A stretch of 64,000 nucleotides of DNA, taken from positions 12,166,909 through 12,230,908 of the forward strand of contig CM082580.2 of NCBI GenBank assembly GCA_040954595.2, read 5' to 3'. The position numbers and the translations under genes are program-made. Positions 13,883 to 26,593 of this stretch are shown piece by piece. The notes under the pieces are model-generated. The model was not told the DNA's origin and did no database searches. It saw only the letters and a list, made by a program, of their open reading frames with translations. This stretch comes from Balanoglossus misakiensis. Its lineage: Eukaryota > Animalia > Hemichordata. Every line of letters starts with the position of its first letter. Position 1 is the first letter of the stretch.

Positions 13883-14304
13883 AGTGTTCCAGACCAGCTG
13901 CTCGGAAGTCTGAAGAGATGCTGGGTTTGAAAATGGCGGGAATGAAGCCTGGCAAAGGGGAAGATTGGTTGAGTTGGTCACGTGACGCGTCTAGCTGTCT
14001 GTGTTGCACACAACAGTAATCATTTCTTTTCAGTCTTTTGAAAAGCTTCTCATTTATATATGAAATCAGACGCTCAGTAGTACTGGGAGGAAATCGACAT
14101 TTCCAAATATACGTCACAACTAGTGACTAAACATTTATTCTGGTGGGACCACGAAAACGAGGCTTGGATGGAGAAAATAAATTACAAACAGTGCAACAAA
14201 GGTCTTCCCCCAAAAGTGACGCGGCTAATTCGAAACTCACATGAATATAGAGAAACGGACGTTACCGCTTGTGTCGTAGAGTTTAATTAAAGAAAGCGGG
14301 GAAG
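13883..14304. promoter_or_regulatory. Bidirectional promoter and 5' UTRs shared by BAZ1B and GEN1
   Basis: Divergent start codons about 420 bp apart; TTTGAA (13926-13931), AAATGGCGG/GGCGGGAA (13931-13942), palindromic GTCACGTGAC (13977-13986). Confidence 0.65.
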
Positions 14305-17300
14305 ATGGGAGTTAAGGAACTGTGGACGATCTTAGCACCAGTAAGGCAACACAAATCTCTCGATGAACTGACGGGGGAAACGATAGCCGTCGATCTCAGC
14401 GTTTGGATTTGTGAAAATCAGGGTGTGAAACAGATGATCGGAACAGTCGCCAAGCCGCATCTCAGGTATTGTAATTGGCATGGCACACATAATAACATCA
14501 TTACATCGTGAGATTGCTATCTGTAGATGGTTTCATCAAATTTAAAGAATGATGTCCTAGTGTTGTCTACCATAACCAATGATGTAAACAAAACCATCCG
14601 GATTACTTCATTAGGCATGCAAGCCCCGCCCACCAAAACAAAAACACTCGTACAGACCACTTCAGTCAGTCAATCAATCAAATTAATTGATCAATTAACC
14701 CTCCTAGGCCTAAACCCCTGTTAGTATATGTGGATACATTTGGGTATATTATTGGTGTAACTCTTAAAAATATGGTTTATCAATGACAAGAAATGCTAAC
14801 ATCCCGAGATTTTATACCTCCTTGTTTCTCAGGAATTTGTTTTTCAGAGCATCCCATCTGACCAAGCTAGGAATCAATTTAGTTTTTGTCATCGAAGGAG
14901 ATGCACCCGATCTGAAATGGGAAGTAATGGCAAAACGAACAGAAGCAAGGTTTGGTGGATTTCCTGGAAGTAAATCGCAGAGAAAAAAGGGAACAGGGAA
15001 TGCCGGTGGCCGTGGGCCAAGAAAGCCAGCAAGATCAAACTTTAGAAGCTATCTCAATGAGGTCAGTAGATTTACTCTCACAAAAAGTTTCAGTTTTGGA
15101 GAAAATGTGATTTGTTAACATTTTCCAATGTATGCCATAAGTATGTTTGAATTGTATTCTACAGTGCTGTGAGATGTTGGACTATCTTGGTTTACCATAC
15201 ATACAAAGTGCTGGTGAGGCTGAAGCCATGTGTGCTGTGTTAAATGCCAATGGGGTAAGAAGAACACACTCAGTGTAATGCATTGCAAAAACACATACGT
15301 TTATTTTACCCATAAACTTATTTAAATTCATTTTCTCACATATTTCAATCAAATCTTATATATTTTTGAAATGTTTGTTACAGGTTGTTGATGCTTGTAT
15401 AACCCAAGATGGTGATGCATTTCTGTATGGTGCTCGTAAAGTCTACAGAAACTTTACCATAAATGCCAAGGTATTCTAATTTGTTGATTATATTCAGATC
15501 TGGTCTATAACTGCCAAGACATTGATCACTACAATTCTATAGAGTGGTCATCATAAATCTAACATGGAGTCGTATATTTTGTGTTCTAGGATCCTAGTGT
15601 AGACTGTTACAATATGGCTGATGTAGAGAAGAACCTCGGTTTAGATCAAAGAAGACTTGTTGGTCTTGGTTTGTTACTTGGCTGTGACTATATTCCAAAA
15701 GGTGTACCTGGCATTGGCAAAGAAACTGCCATGAAGCTAATGAACTGTCTGAAGGGAATTAATGTCTTGGAAAGGTATCAAGAATCCACATCATGTATAA
15801 TTATTTCCATGTTGAAAATAATGTAATACATGTATATGTTCATTATTTAACCGTAGCATGATTGTAGGTTGGTTGGAGCATATTTCATATCACAAATTTC
15901 TAGCGAAAATTTCTAAACGAATGACATATATTCTTCATCTTCTCCCCCTTTATATAGATTTGAAGAATGGACAGATTCTGCTGCATATCAAAATGTGGCT
16001 TCAAATATAGAAAGAGATGTGCGCAAGTAAGTAGAGCAACTGTTACTGCACATAACTATGGAAACAGTGTCTCAATTCATTTGAAATGTTTTGAATTTAT
16101 TGATTGTTATTCTTACAGAAAAGCCATAACTGTTTCTGGATTTCCAAACAAGAAAATCATCCGAGAATTCATGGTACCTAAAGATATCTGCCCACCACAT
16201 ACTATGGAGTGGGAAAGGCCTAGGTTACTGCCCCTACTGGTGAGTAAAATATGGAACTGGAATTAGACATTGTACCATCAAGTATTAGCTTCTACATTTT
16301 CATGCGCACTGTACAAGTAGACTATTCTTATCACCCAATTTGCTGTCTTTCCCAATTTTTGTAACCAGAGTCTCTTGTTTGGCACATGTGCATAATATGT
16401 GACCCTTGATGATAGCATTGAAGTCATTTTGTTTACAATTGATTTTGCAGAAGTTCAATTTGCTCCGGCTTGAATGGCCCGAGGAGTACACAGTTGCAAA
16501 AGTAGTGCCGCTGATCACACTGTGGGACATCAGAGATATTGTCAAACATGGCAGATTTATAGCAGAGAGACACTTGCAGCTGCACAGTATTGTGAAAACC
16601 AGAGTTCAAAAGGGAGTTCCATGTCTGGAAGTACAGTGGAAAAAAACAGGTGAAGAGGTTTTGAATGTCAAGACACATTTTCACCCTGTCTGTCTGTCTG
16701 TCTACATCCGTCTTGTCTGCCGTGCTCAAATTTTTAGTACACACTAAGTTTGGCCGATCATAGTATATATTAACTCAAGCATTCACCTTTTTTTCAGTAC
16801 ATGAAACAGGATCTACTGAAAGTGATTTGTTTACCACTATAGAAGCACAAGATTTATTGAAATCAGCATTTCCTGAAATGGTTGAAGAGTTCTTTGAAAG
16901 AAAGAAAAACAGCAAACCCAAGAAAAAAGGTACATGAAATATGGTCCCTGCCATGTTTCACTTGTGGAGCAGTTAAATATGCTAGCCTGGTATCGTTGCT
17001 TTTCCTTCTCAGAGAAATTTTAGAAGCAGATGTTTGCTTCATGTGCATGAATGGTAAATTTTTAATCGTCTGTTTACAGATTTGAAGTCCAAGAAGACCG
17101 CTGCCAGTGATCTTGAGAGTGCAATTAATGAGCTGGAGTCATTGACACTGACAGATAGACATTCAGATCAAGTTGAAGCTGTTCCTAGTAGTGATGGTAA
17201 ACATGCTTGTCTTGATGCCATGAAGGAAGATGTTCGGCCGACCACCTTAGTTGAAGGAAGGAGAGAACTGGAATGTCACGATGCTGCTGGATTGCATGGA

Positions 17301-18359
17301 GTGTTGACCACTGAGGGAAAAGAGTTCACTGATACTGGCATAGCACGGAGAGGAGAATACTCTGATGATGATGATGACTATGAAAGAGATGATGACAACA
17401 GCGACAGTGTTGACAGCATTGACTTTTATGCCTATGAAAGGGACAGTGATGATGAGACCAGTGAAGATGATAGTGAGAGTGATTGCTTGTCTGCGAGAGT
17501 TTTACCACTCAGCGACAGACTCGGGCTGAATGCGATTAAATCTGTAAGAAATAAAACACCAGCAGTTTCACTGTCAATGATAACCAATCACAAGAAAATC
17601 GAGGATAATGGCAAGATTTCCAGACAAACACAACAACAAAGACATCAAGATATATACGATTCAAAAAGCATAGGGAAAGACTTCCCTCCACAGTCTCACA
17701 TCAGTGGAGCGGATACTATGGAAACCATCAACAAGGACAGACTCGATAATGCCATTCAGTGTTTGGGGAAGAAGGGAAGTTTCAAATCAGGTCCTGGGGA
17801 AATCAACGACCTACTAGCTATGATAAGAAAAGACATAATGACAGGAGATCCAAGTGGACACAGCCAAAAGAATGGGTGTAGAGGAGTGAAACCGCAATGT
17901 TACGATGATGTTATTGTTGTAAAACCCCTCAAGAGAGATAGGCGTCTGAAATCTGACAGCAATGTGAATTCCTTGATAAGAAATCCAAACAATCGTAGGC
18001 ATAAATCTGTTACATGTCTTTCAGACACGGCATCTGAAACCAAACAAGTTGATGTTCGGTTAGCGAAGGTAAAGAAACCTAAGAATACAGCAACAGCAAG
18101 ACAAGTGCACTGTAGGTCAGAAGGTTGCAGTGACACACAAGCAGAAGACAAAGAGAATGTGCCCACATACAAAAGCAGTAGAGATGAAAGAGGGCAGTGT
18201 GTTGATGCAGAGAGCAGTCCTATGTCTTTGGCTGACAGATTGAAGTTGAAACTCCACCAGAGTACTGGTAGCTCACTCTTGAGTTCCTTGATTACTATGA
18301 AGTATAAAAGCACGGAGGAGAGGTTGCAATGTGACCCTTGTCTGACTGATGATGATTAA
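14305..18359 (+). CDS. GEN1: GEN1 Holliday junction resolvase (XPG/FEN1 family), about 10 exons
   Basis: MGVKELW..IAVDLSVWICE..KPHLRNLFFR..VFVIEG (XPG-N); GEAEAMCAVLN, ITQDGDAFLYGA, LLLGCDYIPKGVPGIGKE (XPG-I/H2TH); chromodomain-like IVKTRVQKGVPCLEVQW; long low-complexity last exon 17080-18359. Confidence 0.93.
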
Positions 18360-18447
18360 CCCAATCACCACCATGGTTCAGTCCAAATCCATTGTTTTCT
18401 ACGATAAGTTGGACCTCTATAGAGGGAACTGGGGGTGGAAGGGTTAA
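18356..18447. mobile_element. Short TTAA-flanked MITE (piggyBac-like CCC..GGG termini) inserted at the GEN1 stop codon
   Basis: TTAA-CCCAATCACCACCA...TGGGGGTGGAAGGG-TTAA; a reverse-complement copy lies at 22150-22220. Confidence 0.75.
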
Positions 18448-19050
18448 GGATAATAATGACATCAGTAATGACTGATTGTTGCCTTTGGATAGATAGACCA
18501 ACATTCATTCACCGCTAGTTTGCATACAGAAAGTAAGGGTGTAGCATTACAATCCATTTTTAAAATAGTACATGTACTTGCACAAACTATTGTTCGTGGT
18601 CTTTCCACTACTATTTTTACTTGCTTGTTTAACAATGGTGCATTTAAAATGCATGCTTTGTGTCACACTACATTGTATAACACTGCAAGAATGAATGAAT
18701 AAATAAAGAATGGACACTAGCATACTTTTCGAACATCTTTCTCCAGGGTCTATATGATTTATGTATGAATGTGAATAAAGTGAATAAGGATGTATGTGCA
18801 CTATGAGAACACCAGTCAGAAAAATACCCGAGATCGAATAAAATTGTATGGTCACCATGAATGTTATTTTGTGACAAATTTCATTCTAATGTTTTTGCCA
18901 ATAGAAAAACACGACTTTTGACACTCCGATTGTACATGTGCGTTCATTGATTACGTAAGTAGACGAACTCGCGTCTCTGGGGGCGCTCTTCTGAAACGCG
19001 ACTAAATTTATCTGCATGTGTATTTCACTGTTTACGTGACCGCTGTCAAA

Positions 19051-22000
19051 ATGGCGATGAACGGGACGGTATGTGCACACGTGTGATACGTTCTATATAA
19101 AGCTCGCTTTGCCCGATTGTCGATTACAGGTGTTCATGTTGTTATCTCTGAAATGATATAACTTCCTTTACAGATGCAGATTATAGCTGGCATTAGGGGG
19201 AGACTCTTCACTAACTGGGCAAAGACGTTTTCTTGCGTGCCCGAGCTGTATTTCCAGCCGACCAGCATCGAAGAAATTAGGCAGGTAAGTCCTCGGATAA
19301 TACGTTGTGGCTGTCATGATGAGACAGCATAACGACACAGGTCGAACATTTATGATGTATGTGTATGTTTTCTCTACCACCCATCAAAGTTTGCATAGAC
19401 AGTTATATGTAAACAAACAATTAAGTTAACACAGGGTCACAGTTCATCGAATTACTTGTACAGTCGGATGTACTACATGACAGTTTACACGTTACATCTC
19501 TATTCTATTTCTTTTGCTAGTTAAAGGGACAAAGTCTCTCTCTCACTCTTCTTTTCCCATTTATTATGTTTGATTCACTACACTGTCTATGCTAATGCAC
19601 ATGTGGATATATAGTGAATCAACATTCAACCATCACGTTTGTAGGATATGAGAGTAAAAATCTCGCCAAAATGAATAAATGGTAAACACCGAATATTCAT
19701 TTTGCTCTCCCGTCTACAAGTGGGATGGAAAGTGTGTGTGGTTGAACTATGAGTAAAATTTCTACATAATGTTTACCATAGAGATTTTCAAAGTCACTAA
19801 ATTTGGCGGCCATTTTGAATTCCATAGACTAAGCACAGATATAGGCGGCCATTTTGAACCTCAAATTTGGCGGCCATTTTTAAAGTCTTTATTTTAAGAC
19901 AATTTTGAAAAGACCCCATATTCACTATATACAATGGTGTCTTGTATCAAACATACTTAATGGGAAAAGGGCAGCAAGAGAGAGACTTTGTCCTTTTAAC
20001 TGTGTTTGAGTTTCCTCAATATGATCCTTGTAGGTATTAGAGCAGGCCAGGCTAAACAACAAGAAAGTGAAAGTATGTGGAAGAGGTCATTCACCTTCAG
20101 ATATTGCATGTACTACAGATTACATGATTGGTTTGGAAAAATTCAAGAGAGTATTGGAGGTAAGTAAATTGATACTAAATGTATGAGAACTGTGTAAAAC
20201 AGAAACTTTGTAGTCTTGAATACTACCGGGTACATAGGAAAAACTTTGCATTTTCTTGATCTGCAGGTAAATGAAGAAAAGTGTCAGGTAACAGTGGAGG
20301 CTGGATTGTATGTGGCAGAATTAAATGAAATCATTTTGCCACAACATGGTATGGCACTCAGCAAGTAAGTCTAATGGACAGAAATATACTTTAGGATATC
20401 TCTGAGACATCATGATCTGTTTGCATATATGACCCATCATGGGATACTCATTTGCAAAGATTTAATTACACCAGTAAAACATTGGCTGCTGCATATACAA
20501 TTTTAATCTTTTCGTCTAACATTTTATCAGTCTAGGATCAGTGTCTGAGATAACTGTTGCTGGGATGATGTCAACTGGTACACATGGTACTGGAACCAAC
20601 TTTGGATGTCTGGCTACAAATGTAAGACGCCAATTTTGGATATCAGAAATATAAAAAAGTCAATTCTTTTCTTCAAGGAGACATATTGATTGAATGATTA
20701 TTGTTGAAATGTCATGTTTTTTTTATTCAGACTGATGATAAGGGCCAAAGTTTTATTGGCACTCTTTAAAAATTTGTCTAAACCAAACACCAAAGTACAG
20801 AGAGTTCTGCCAATGTAAATTCTACTACAGTGGCTGCATGTCTCTAATAAGACAAGACAATATTTACGTGCTTAACAATATTGTAAGGACATTTGATGAC
20901 TTTTTACTTTTTCCCAATCCATACAGATTGTTAAAATAGATTTGTTGACTGCATCTGGAGAACTGAAATCCTGTTCCAGAGATGAAAATCGAGACATCTT
21001 TCTGGCTTGCTGTTGTGGCATTGGGGCCCTAGGCATCATTGTACACGTTACAATACAATGTGAACCTGAATTTAGGTTGTGGCAGAGACAGTCAGCATGT
21101 ACTCTGGATGAAGTAAGTAATAATTTCAATCAGTGTAAATGTCCAGCTGTCTGTACAAGCTATGGTGTTAAAACTAAGTTTTCAAAGACGTTAACTATTT
21201 GTTATGATCATATTGCAGGTATTAGATTCATTAGATATGCACCTTACAGCCAGTGAACACTTTAGATTTGGTTGGTTTCCACATACCAATAAAGCAGTCG
21301 TCTGGCATGTTGACCGTACCACCAAACCTATACAGACCAAGTCCTATTGGTTCTGGGATTATGCAATTGGATATTATACCCTAGAATTTGCATATTACCT
21401 TAGGTAAGCACAGGTGTTCTTCCACTATAACTTTGAGTTTGGTGATTTAAAGTATTTATATAATACACTATTTCATTTGAGAGTCTTCAGAGGAAGTATC
21501 ATGACATTGTATGTCTCATCACCTGCATTATTAAAATTAAAATCTGTATGGGTAGCTTGTTTCTGCATGTACTGGTATATACGTGTATTAATAGAAGACA
21601 TTCTTTTGCCTTGTTTCAGCACTTTCCTACCCAGACTGGTCCCACTGATAAACCGCTTCTTCTATAATCTTCTGTTTACGGCACCAAGAGAACAGGTTGA
21701 TCAGAGTTATAAAGTGCTCAATTTTGAGTGTTTGTTCAGTCAATATGTAACAGAATGGGCTATTCCAAGGTAAGTAAGATCACCTCCACTGAGAAAGATG
21801 ACACGTACATGTCTGAAGTTTTCCATGTGATCCACCATCTTATTTGGTCAAGCCTCAAAAATATACACATGGGTTTCTGTAAAAATGTTAGCCATGGATT
21901 GTGTGAGGTTCATTACACCTGCATTTTTGTAAATCATTCCTTCTGTTTGTTTGTTTGTTTGTTTGTTTTTGCAGAGAGAAAACTGCCGAGGTACTCCGAG

Positions 22001-22654
22001 AGTTGAGAGCCTGGCTTAGGTCCAGCGGAGAAAGAGTGCATTTTCCAGTGGAAGTCCGCTTTGTGAAAGGAGATGATATTCTGATCAGTCCATCGTATGG
22101 GAGAGATACATGCTTCATAAACATCATCATGTACAGGTAATTGCGTAGTTTAACCCTTTCACCCCCAGTTCCCTTTATAGAGGTCCAACTTTACCATATA
22201 AAACAGTGGACTTGGGTCGATGTCATCACAAATTTGTGAAATATCTCTGAAACCTGTGAAATTATCTCTTCACAGACCATATGGGAAAAAGGTTGACTTC
22301 AGCAGGTACTGGGAAGCATATGAAGATATCATGTTCAGAGCTGGTGGGAGACCCCACTGGGCAAAGGTGAGAAATTTTACATCTCAAGCTTTTTTTTTAC
22401 TGTTTAGTGAAAGCGCATCATGTACACTTGTCAAATCAATATTTCTTGGATATAAATCTAGTCTTAATGAGACTTTAATACCACAGTAATAACCTGGTGG
22501 GATATATATTTTCTCTTTATTTTAGGCACACAAGATTAACAAGGATCAGTTTATGAAAATGTATCCTCAATTCGGCAAGTTCTGTGAGATACGAGAGAAT
22601 TTAGACCCAACGGACATGTTTATGAATGCCTATCTTGAAAGAGTTTTGAAATAA
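19051..22654 (+). CDS. GULO: L-gulono-gamma-lactone oxidase (vitamin C synthesis), about 11 exons
   Basis: [18 protein letters not shown]; [12 protein letters not shown] (FAD-linked His); GTHGTG; [15 protein letters not shown]; [18 protein letters not shown]; [13 protein letters not shown]; GGRPHWAK; [15 protein letters not shown]. The first mini-exon 19051-19068 is less certain; an alternative ATG is at 19174. Confidence 0.93.
19521..19999. mobile_element. Kolobok-like MITE with TTAA TSD in a GULO intron
   Basis: Left TTAA-AGGGACAAAGTCTCTCTCT..TTTTCCCATT..TATGTTTGAT; right end reverse complement TTAA-AAGGACAAAGTCTCTCTCT..TTTTCCCATT..TATGTTTGAT; three internal GGCGGCCATTTT. Confidence 0.85.
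22150..22220. mobile_element. Truncated inverted copy of the 18356-18447 MITE in a GULO intron
   Basis: ttaaccctttcacccccagttccctttatagaggtccaactt aligns with the reverse complement of the right part of 18356-18447. Confidence 0.8.
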
Positions 22655-23787
22655 ATCTCCGAGATTGCAATGTCTAGCACCTCTCAGTGATGAAGTTCCA
22701 ACTTGGTGACTGAGATATTTCGAGTGAATGGGGAATATATTTTTGTACATTCTTAAGTATACTGCCATAAAGGGACAGTATGTATCTTATTTGGTCAAAA
22801 AAATGGCAAGATCATGTCATAAAAATTGTCGGATTGTCATAAGTGTATGCTGGTGCTCTCATTTTCAAGATGTATGTTATTGTAACTGGTGTGTTGTATT
22901 TTATCATTTTCTTCCACTATTCATATTTTCATACTGAACTTTTCTTAGCGCAGAAATCTGATGATTACCATAGACACAATGATCAAAATGCCAGTAACCA
23001 TTGATTGTGTATGATTATATTATGCATTATGGTTTTGTGTTTGCAATGACTGGACTTGCATTTCAACAATACATGTGACCGAAATACAAATGTATTGTCA
23101 AGTCTTATAGCTTTGATTGTTTCTATGCAGATATGTACAGCACTTGTAGCATAATGTTATTTGGAGTACATTGTACTATTGCAATACAAAATATTACTTG
23201 TATAAGTTATTTGATGTCACAATGCAAAGTAAGTCATAATAAAGAGCACAAACTACATTTGTATGTCTACTTGTTTTAAGATCGGTCAAAACTCAAAATA
23301 CATATGTTAGTCCCAGCCATACATACCTACGCCATACATATATAGAGACAGACAGACAGACAGATCAACAGGAGCTAAATGTCTCTTTCCCTTTGCTACA
23401 GTTGAAAATATCATTATTATATTTCTGTTGTCAGAAAATAATTCTGGAAAACAACTAAAGCATGAAAATGCAAAATTGTGTTACTTTTATTACAATTTAA
23501 AAGCTTTGTGAGATACATAATTGCCAGTTTTATATGTACCACACCAAAAATGACGGCTATCTGCCCAACTGTTATGGAGAAAAATATACCTGTTAAATCT
23601 GCAGATTTTTTCATGTCATCTGGTTAATGTAACCAAAAGCAATGTACACAAAATATCAGAACTTCCTGTCAAGCCTTTATATAGAGATGCTATTTACCCT
23701 GTATTTTTACCCTGATTTGCTTGTTTTCATCAAGACTGACAACAACATAGCTAAAAGTTTGATCACAGAAAACCCTAGTGCTGTCTC

Positions 23788-24843
23788 TTATTCACTTTGC
23801 TGTGCAACAACTTGCAAATGATTATTTTGGTCAAATTTGAACATGATCAGTGAAGTTTTTTGTAAATTCACTATTTCAGGATGAATACTGGAATTCTCAC
23901 TGGTGTCCTCATTGTTGTTTGTCTCCTCGGCCAAGACTTCTGTGTTCAGAAAATCTTGTTCGCTATTTAGTTCTCTCCTGTCCTGATCTCTTGTGATGTC
24001 TTCTTGCATTGATTGTTGCGAGTTTTTCTCTTTATTGAGCATGTATCTTGGAGGGTCTTTTTGGGGGTAAACAATGTCGTGGACTTCAACCTCGTGTTTC
24101 CGAAGTTCGTATTTCTTTTGAAACTTTTGCTGGCACACGTGACAAGACAACATCTTTTCATCCTCGTGGGCTTGTTGTAAGTGAAAAGCCAAGTTCGAAT
24201 GTTGGTTGAAACTGCGATTGCAGCATGGGCATTGGTAAGGTCGCTCCCCAGTGTGCGTGTAAATGTGGTTCTTGAGATTTCCCTTCTGGTGGAACGCCTT
24301 CCCGCATATGTCACACTCGAAGACCTTGACAGGGTTGTGGGTCTTCATGTGAGCGATCAGCGTGGATGACCGGTTGAACGATTTGGAACACACTTTGCAC
24401 TCGTGGCCCAGTTTGTCAGAGTGGATTACTTTGTGTCGGCACAGGGTACTGGCTTGGCGAAAGGACTTTCCACAAATGTCACACTGAAACTTTCGCACAC
24501 CAGTGTGAACTGGTAGATGTCGGCTGAGTGTATACTGCGCTGAAAAAACCTTGCCACAAGAGTCACATGGAAAAGACTTCTTCCCACTTTTTGACTTATT
24601 ATTCTGGAGATTGACAGTTTTATTTTCTCCTTTACTAATAACTATCTTAATGATTTTCTTTTTGGCAGTGGTGCTGGTCGGTTCTTGGACAGTGCAATCT
24701 TCCTTCTCAATTTTCTTGTCAACTTCTTCAGGTGTGTCTTGCTTTTCGTCATTTATCACACTTTCGTCTTCCTTATTCTTGTCAATTTTCCCCTCTTCCT
24801 CCTCCTCCTCCAGTCCATCATCTGCTGCTTCTTCCCCCTCCAT
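23788..24843 (-). CDS. Fez/Fezf-related six-finger C2H2 zinc finger protein, single coding exon, acidic N-terminus (an upstream exon cannot be excluded)
   Basis: CGKVFSAQYTLSRHLPVHTG, RQASTLCRHKVIH, FNRSSTL, FHQKGNLKNH, NLAFH, ELRKH follow the Fezf finger array in order; no Eh1 (FSI) motif seen. Confidence 0.85.
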   Translation of the reverse strand: MEGEEAADDGLEEEEEEGKIDKNKEDESVINDEKQDTPEEVDKKIEKEDCTVQEPTSTTAKKKIIKIVISKGENKTVNLQNNKSKSGKKSFPCDSCGKVFSAQYTLSRHLPVHTGVRKFQCDICGKSFRQASTLCRHKVIHSDKLGHECKVCSKSFNRSSTLIAHMKTHNPVKVFECDICGKAFHQKGNLKNHIYTHTGERPYQCPCCNRSFNQHSNLAFHLQQAHEDEKMLSCHVCQQKFQKKYELRKHEVEVHDIVYPQKDPPRYMLNKEKNSQQSMQEDITRDQDRRELNSEQDFLNTEVLAEETNNNEDTSENSSIHPEIVNLQKTSLIMFKFDQNNHLQVVAQQSE

Positions 24844-26572
24844 TATTTCACATTCTTCTGATGAGATGATAACAGTAACACTTTTATTGAACTTGAAGTT
24901 TCACATTAAAGAGAACATAGGAAGAGGCCTGACTGGCAATTGCCAAGGAGTTAACACTTGCGCACATGTGCGTGTGGCTACTGGTTGTATACCAAAACAA
25001 CAAACAAAAGAGCAGCCATCTTGAATCGCTTTCACCGATATCTTTCACTACCACACGCGAGTTTTCTTCGAAGCTTTTACTTTCAGCCGGCCAACTATAA
25101 ACTTGGTGCATCATGCTTGAAATAATTATTTTAACGCCTTGCCATTCGTTAGTATGTTTAAAGAAGACTGAATGTGTCGTGGGTCGCGATTGAAAGTGTA
25201 AATACAAGGCTGCTGGCAGTGTAGCACATTTGCAAGGGCAGAGTTCAATGTCCCCGTTGAAAAGGGACATGTCAAGCACTCATGTTCATTACAACTAGCA
25301 TGAATTCACTAAGTAAGAATGACAAATTCAACTAACCGGATCCTTCGCCCGCACCTTCGCCTTCTTGTTTCTTCACCAGAAACGACCGAGGCATTTTCAC
25401 TTTACATCGAATATAGCCCAAGAATGCCGAACCGTACGTGTCACTGTCACAGCGTATCTTGGCCCCTATCAATACTTTCGTTTAAAAAATTGTTCGTGCC
25501 AAAATATAATATACCGAGCGGTAATTCGTGTTCTTCTATTTCAGGGTTGGTGTAAAACCATTTGTGAAAGAAGTGTCGGTTAATAATTCAGTTTGGAAGG
25601 GGACTTTAGTGGGGAAATAGATTAGAAATAGACTTTCTCTGCTGGATAGCATATGATAATCAGCCGCCAAACTGATGAATACGATTTGCATTTATTGGAA
25701 TGTACCATTATCATTTAGGGACGTGCGTGTGGGATGGATATCGGAGTCCTTTTTGAAGGCTCCGAAGTCTCTTCTCGACTGGTCCGACTTTATCCTGTTT
25801 ATCGCATTATCGGAATGGACGTGAAGCCAATAAATAAGTATTTAGCATTACCAACAAAGTGATTAACCATTCAGTGAAGGGTGTGCCTAATTGAAAAGTC
25901 GCATGCCGCGAGCTGCGTCAAGCTTTTTTTCGTAAGCTTTTCGCTTTGTTGAGCCACTGAAGTTTTGCTGACAGGCCTACTGATGGTTGACTCTCATGAA
26001 TTTATGTTTTTCATCACTTAGGGAAAAAGGTAAAAGCTGAAAAGGCAAGCATGATCTCAGTAATCATATTGTTTCAACTTCATGAGACACTAAATAACTT
26101 TTTAATAAGCTAAAACCAGGGACATGTAGACTGTGAATGCGCTGTCACGTTTTGGAATTAAAAATCACAGACAAAGGGTTAGCAACATATGCCCGGTTAT
26201 ATCTGTTATATGACAAAGTTTTTTCTTCTATCTATATACTCCCCAGGACCCAGTCCAAACTAGGGTCTACGTCCGAACACAGACATTGCACATTCGCAAG
26301 TTGGCTCCTGTTCTCTTGCGACTGTGGACTGTGTCGAAGTCGGGTGCGTTGTTTCTTTTAGTACAGACAACGTGCACGACTTCGATAGTGCCTGTGGCTC
26401 CCAACCACAGTCAAGGGAGTGGCGGCTAGATTAAATGTGAAGCACTTTTGACATGCAGAAGGCCACGGTTGTGCACAGACACCGGGGCCCAGCCCACGTA
26501 TCCGGTGTATGTACAGGGATCGTCTATAGAGGACGCACTTTTTAGCATGTGCGCATGTCGAAAAGGTCACGA

Positions 26573-26580
26573 CCTTTTCC
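26573..26580 (+). promoter_or_regulatory. TCT initiator / 5'TOP tract of RPL36A
   Basis: CCTTTTCC 13 nt upstream of the ATG, typical of ribosomal protein genes. Confidence 0.7.
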
Positions 26581-26593
26581 ATCGCGATCCAAA

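Noticed and set aside
22561-22568. Additional GTATCCT/ATATCCT U12-like donors (also near 1269)
   Set aside because: They lie inside continuous coding exons of GULO and TMEM101.
24884-25279. 131-aa ORF overlapping the open frame upstream of the zinc finger gene (possible programmed frameshift)
   Set aside because: No recognisable homology or slippery site; 5' UTR or intron sequence is the simpler explanation.
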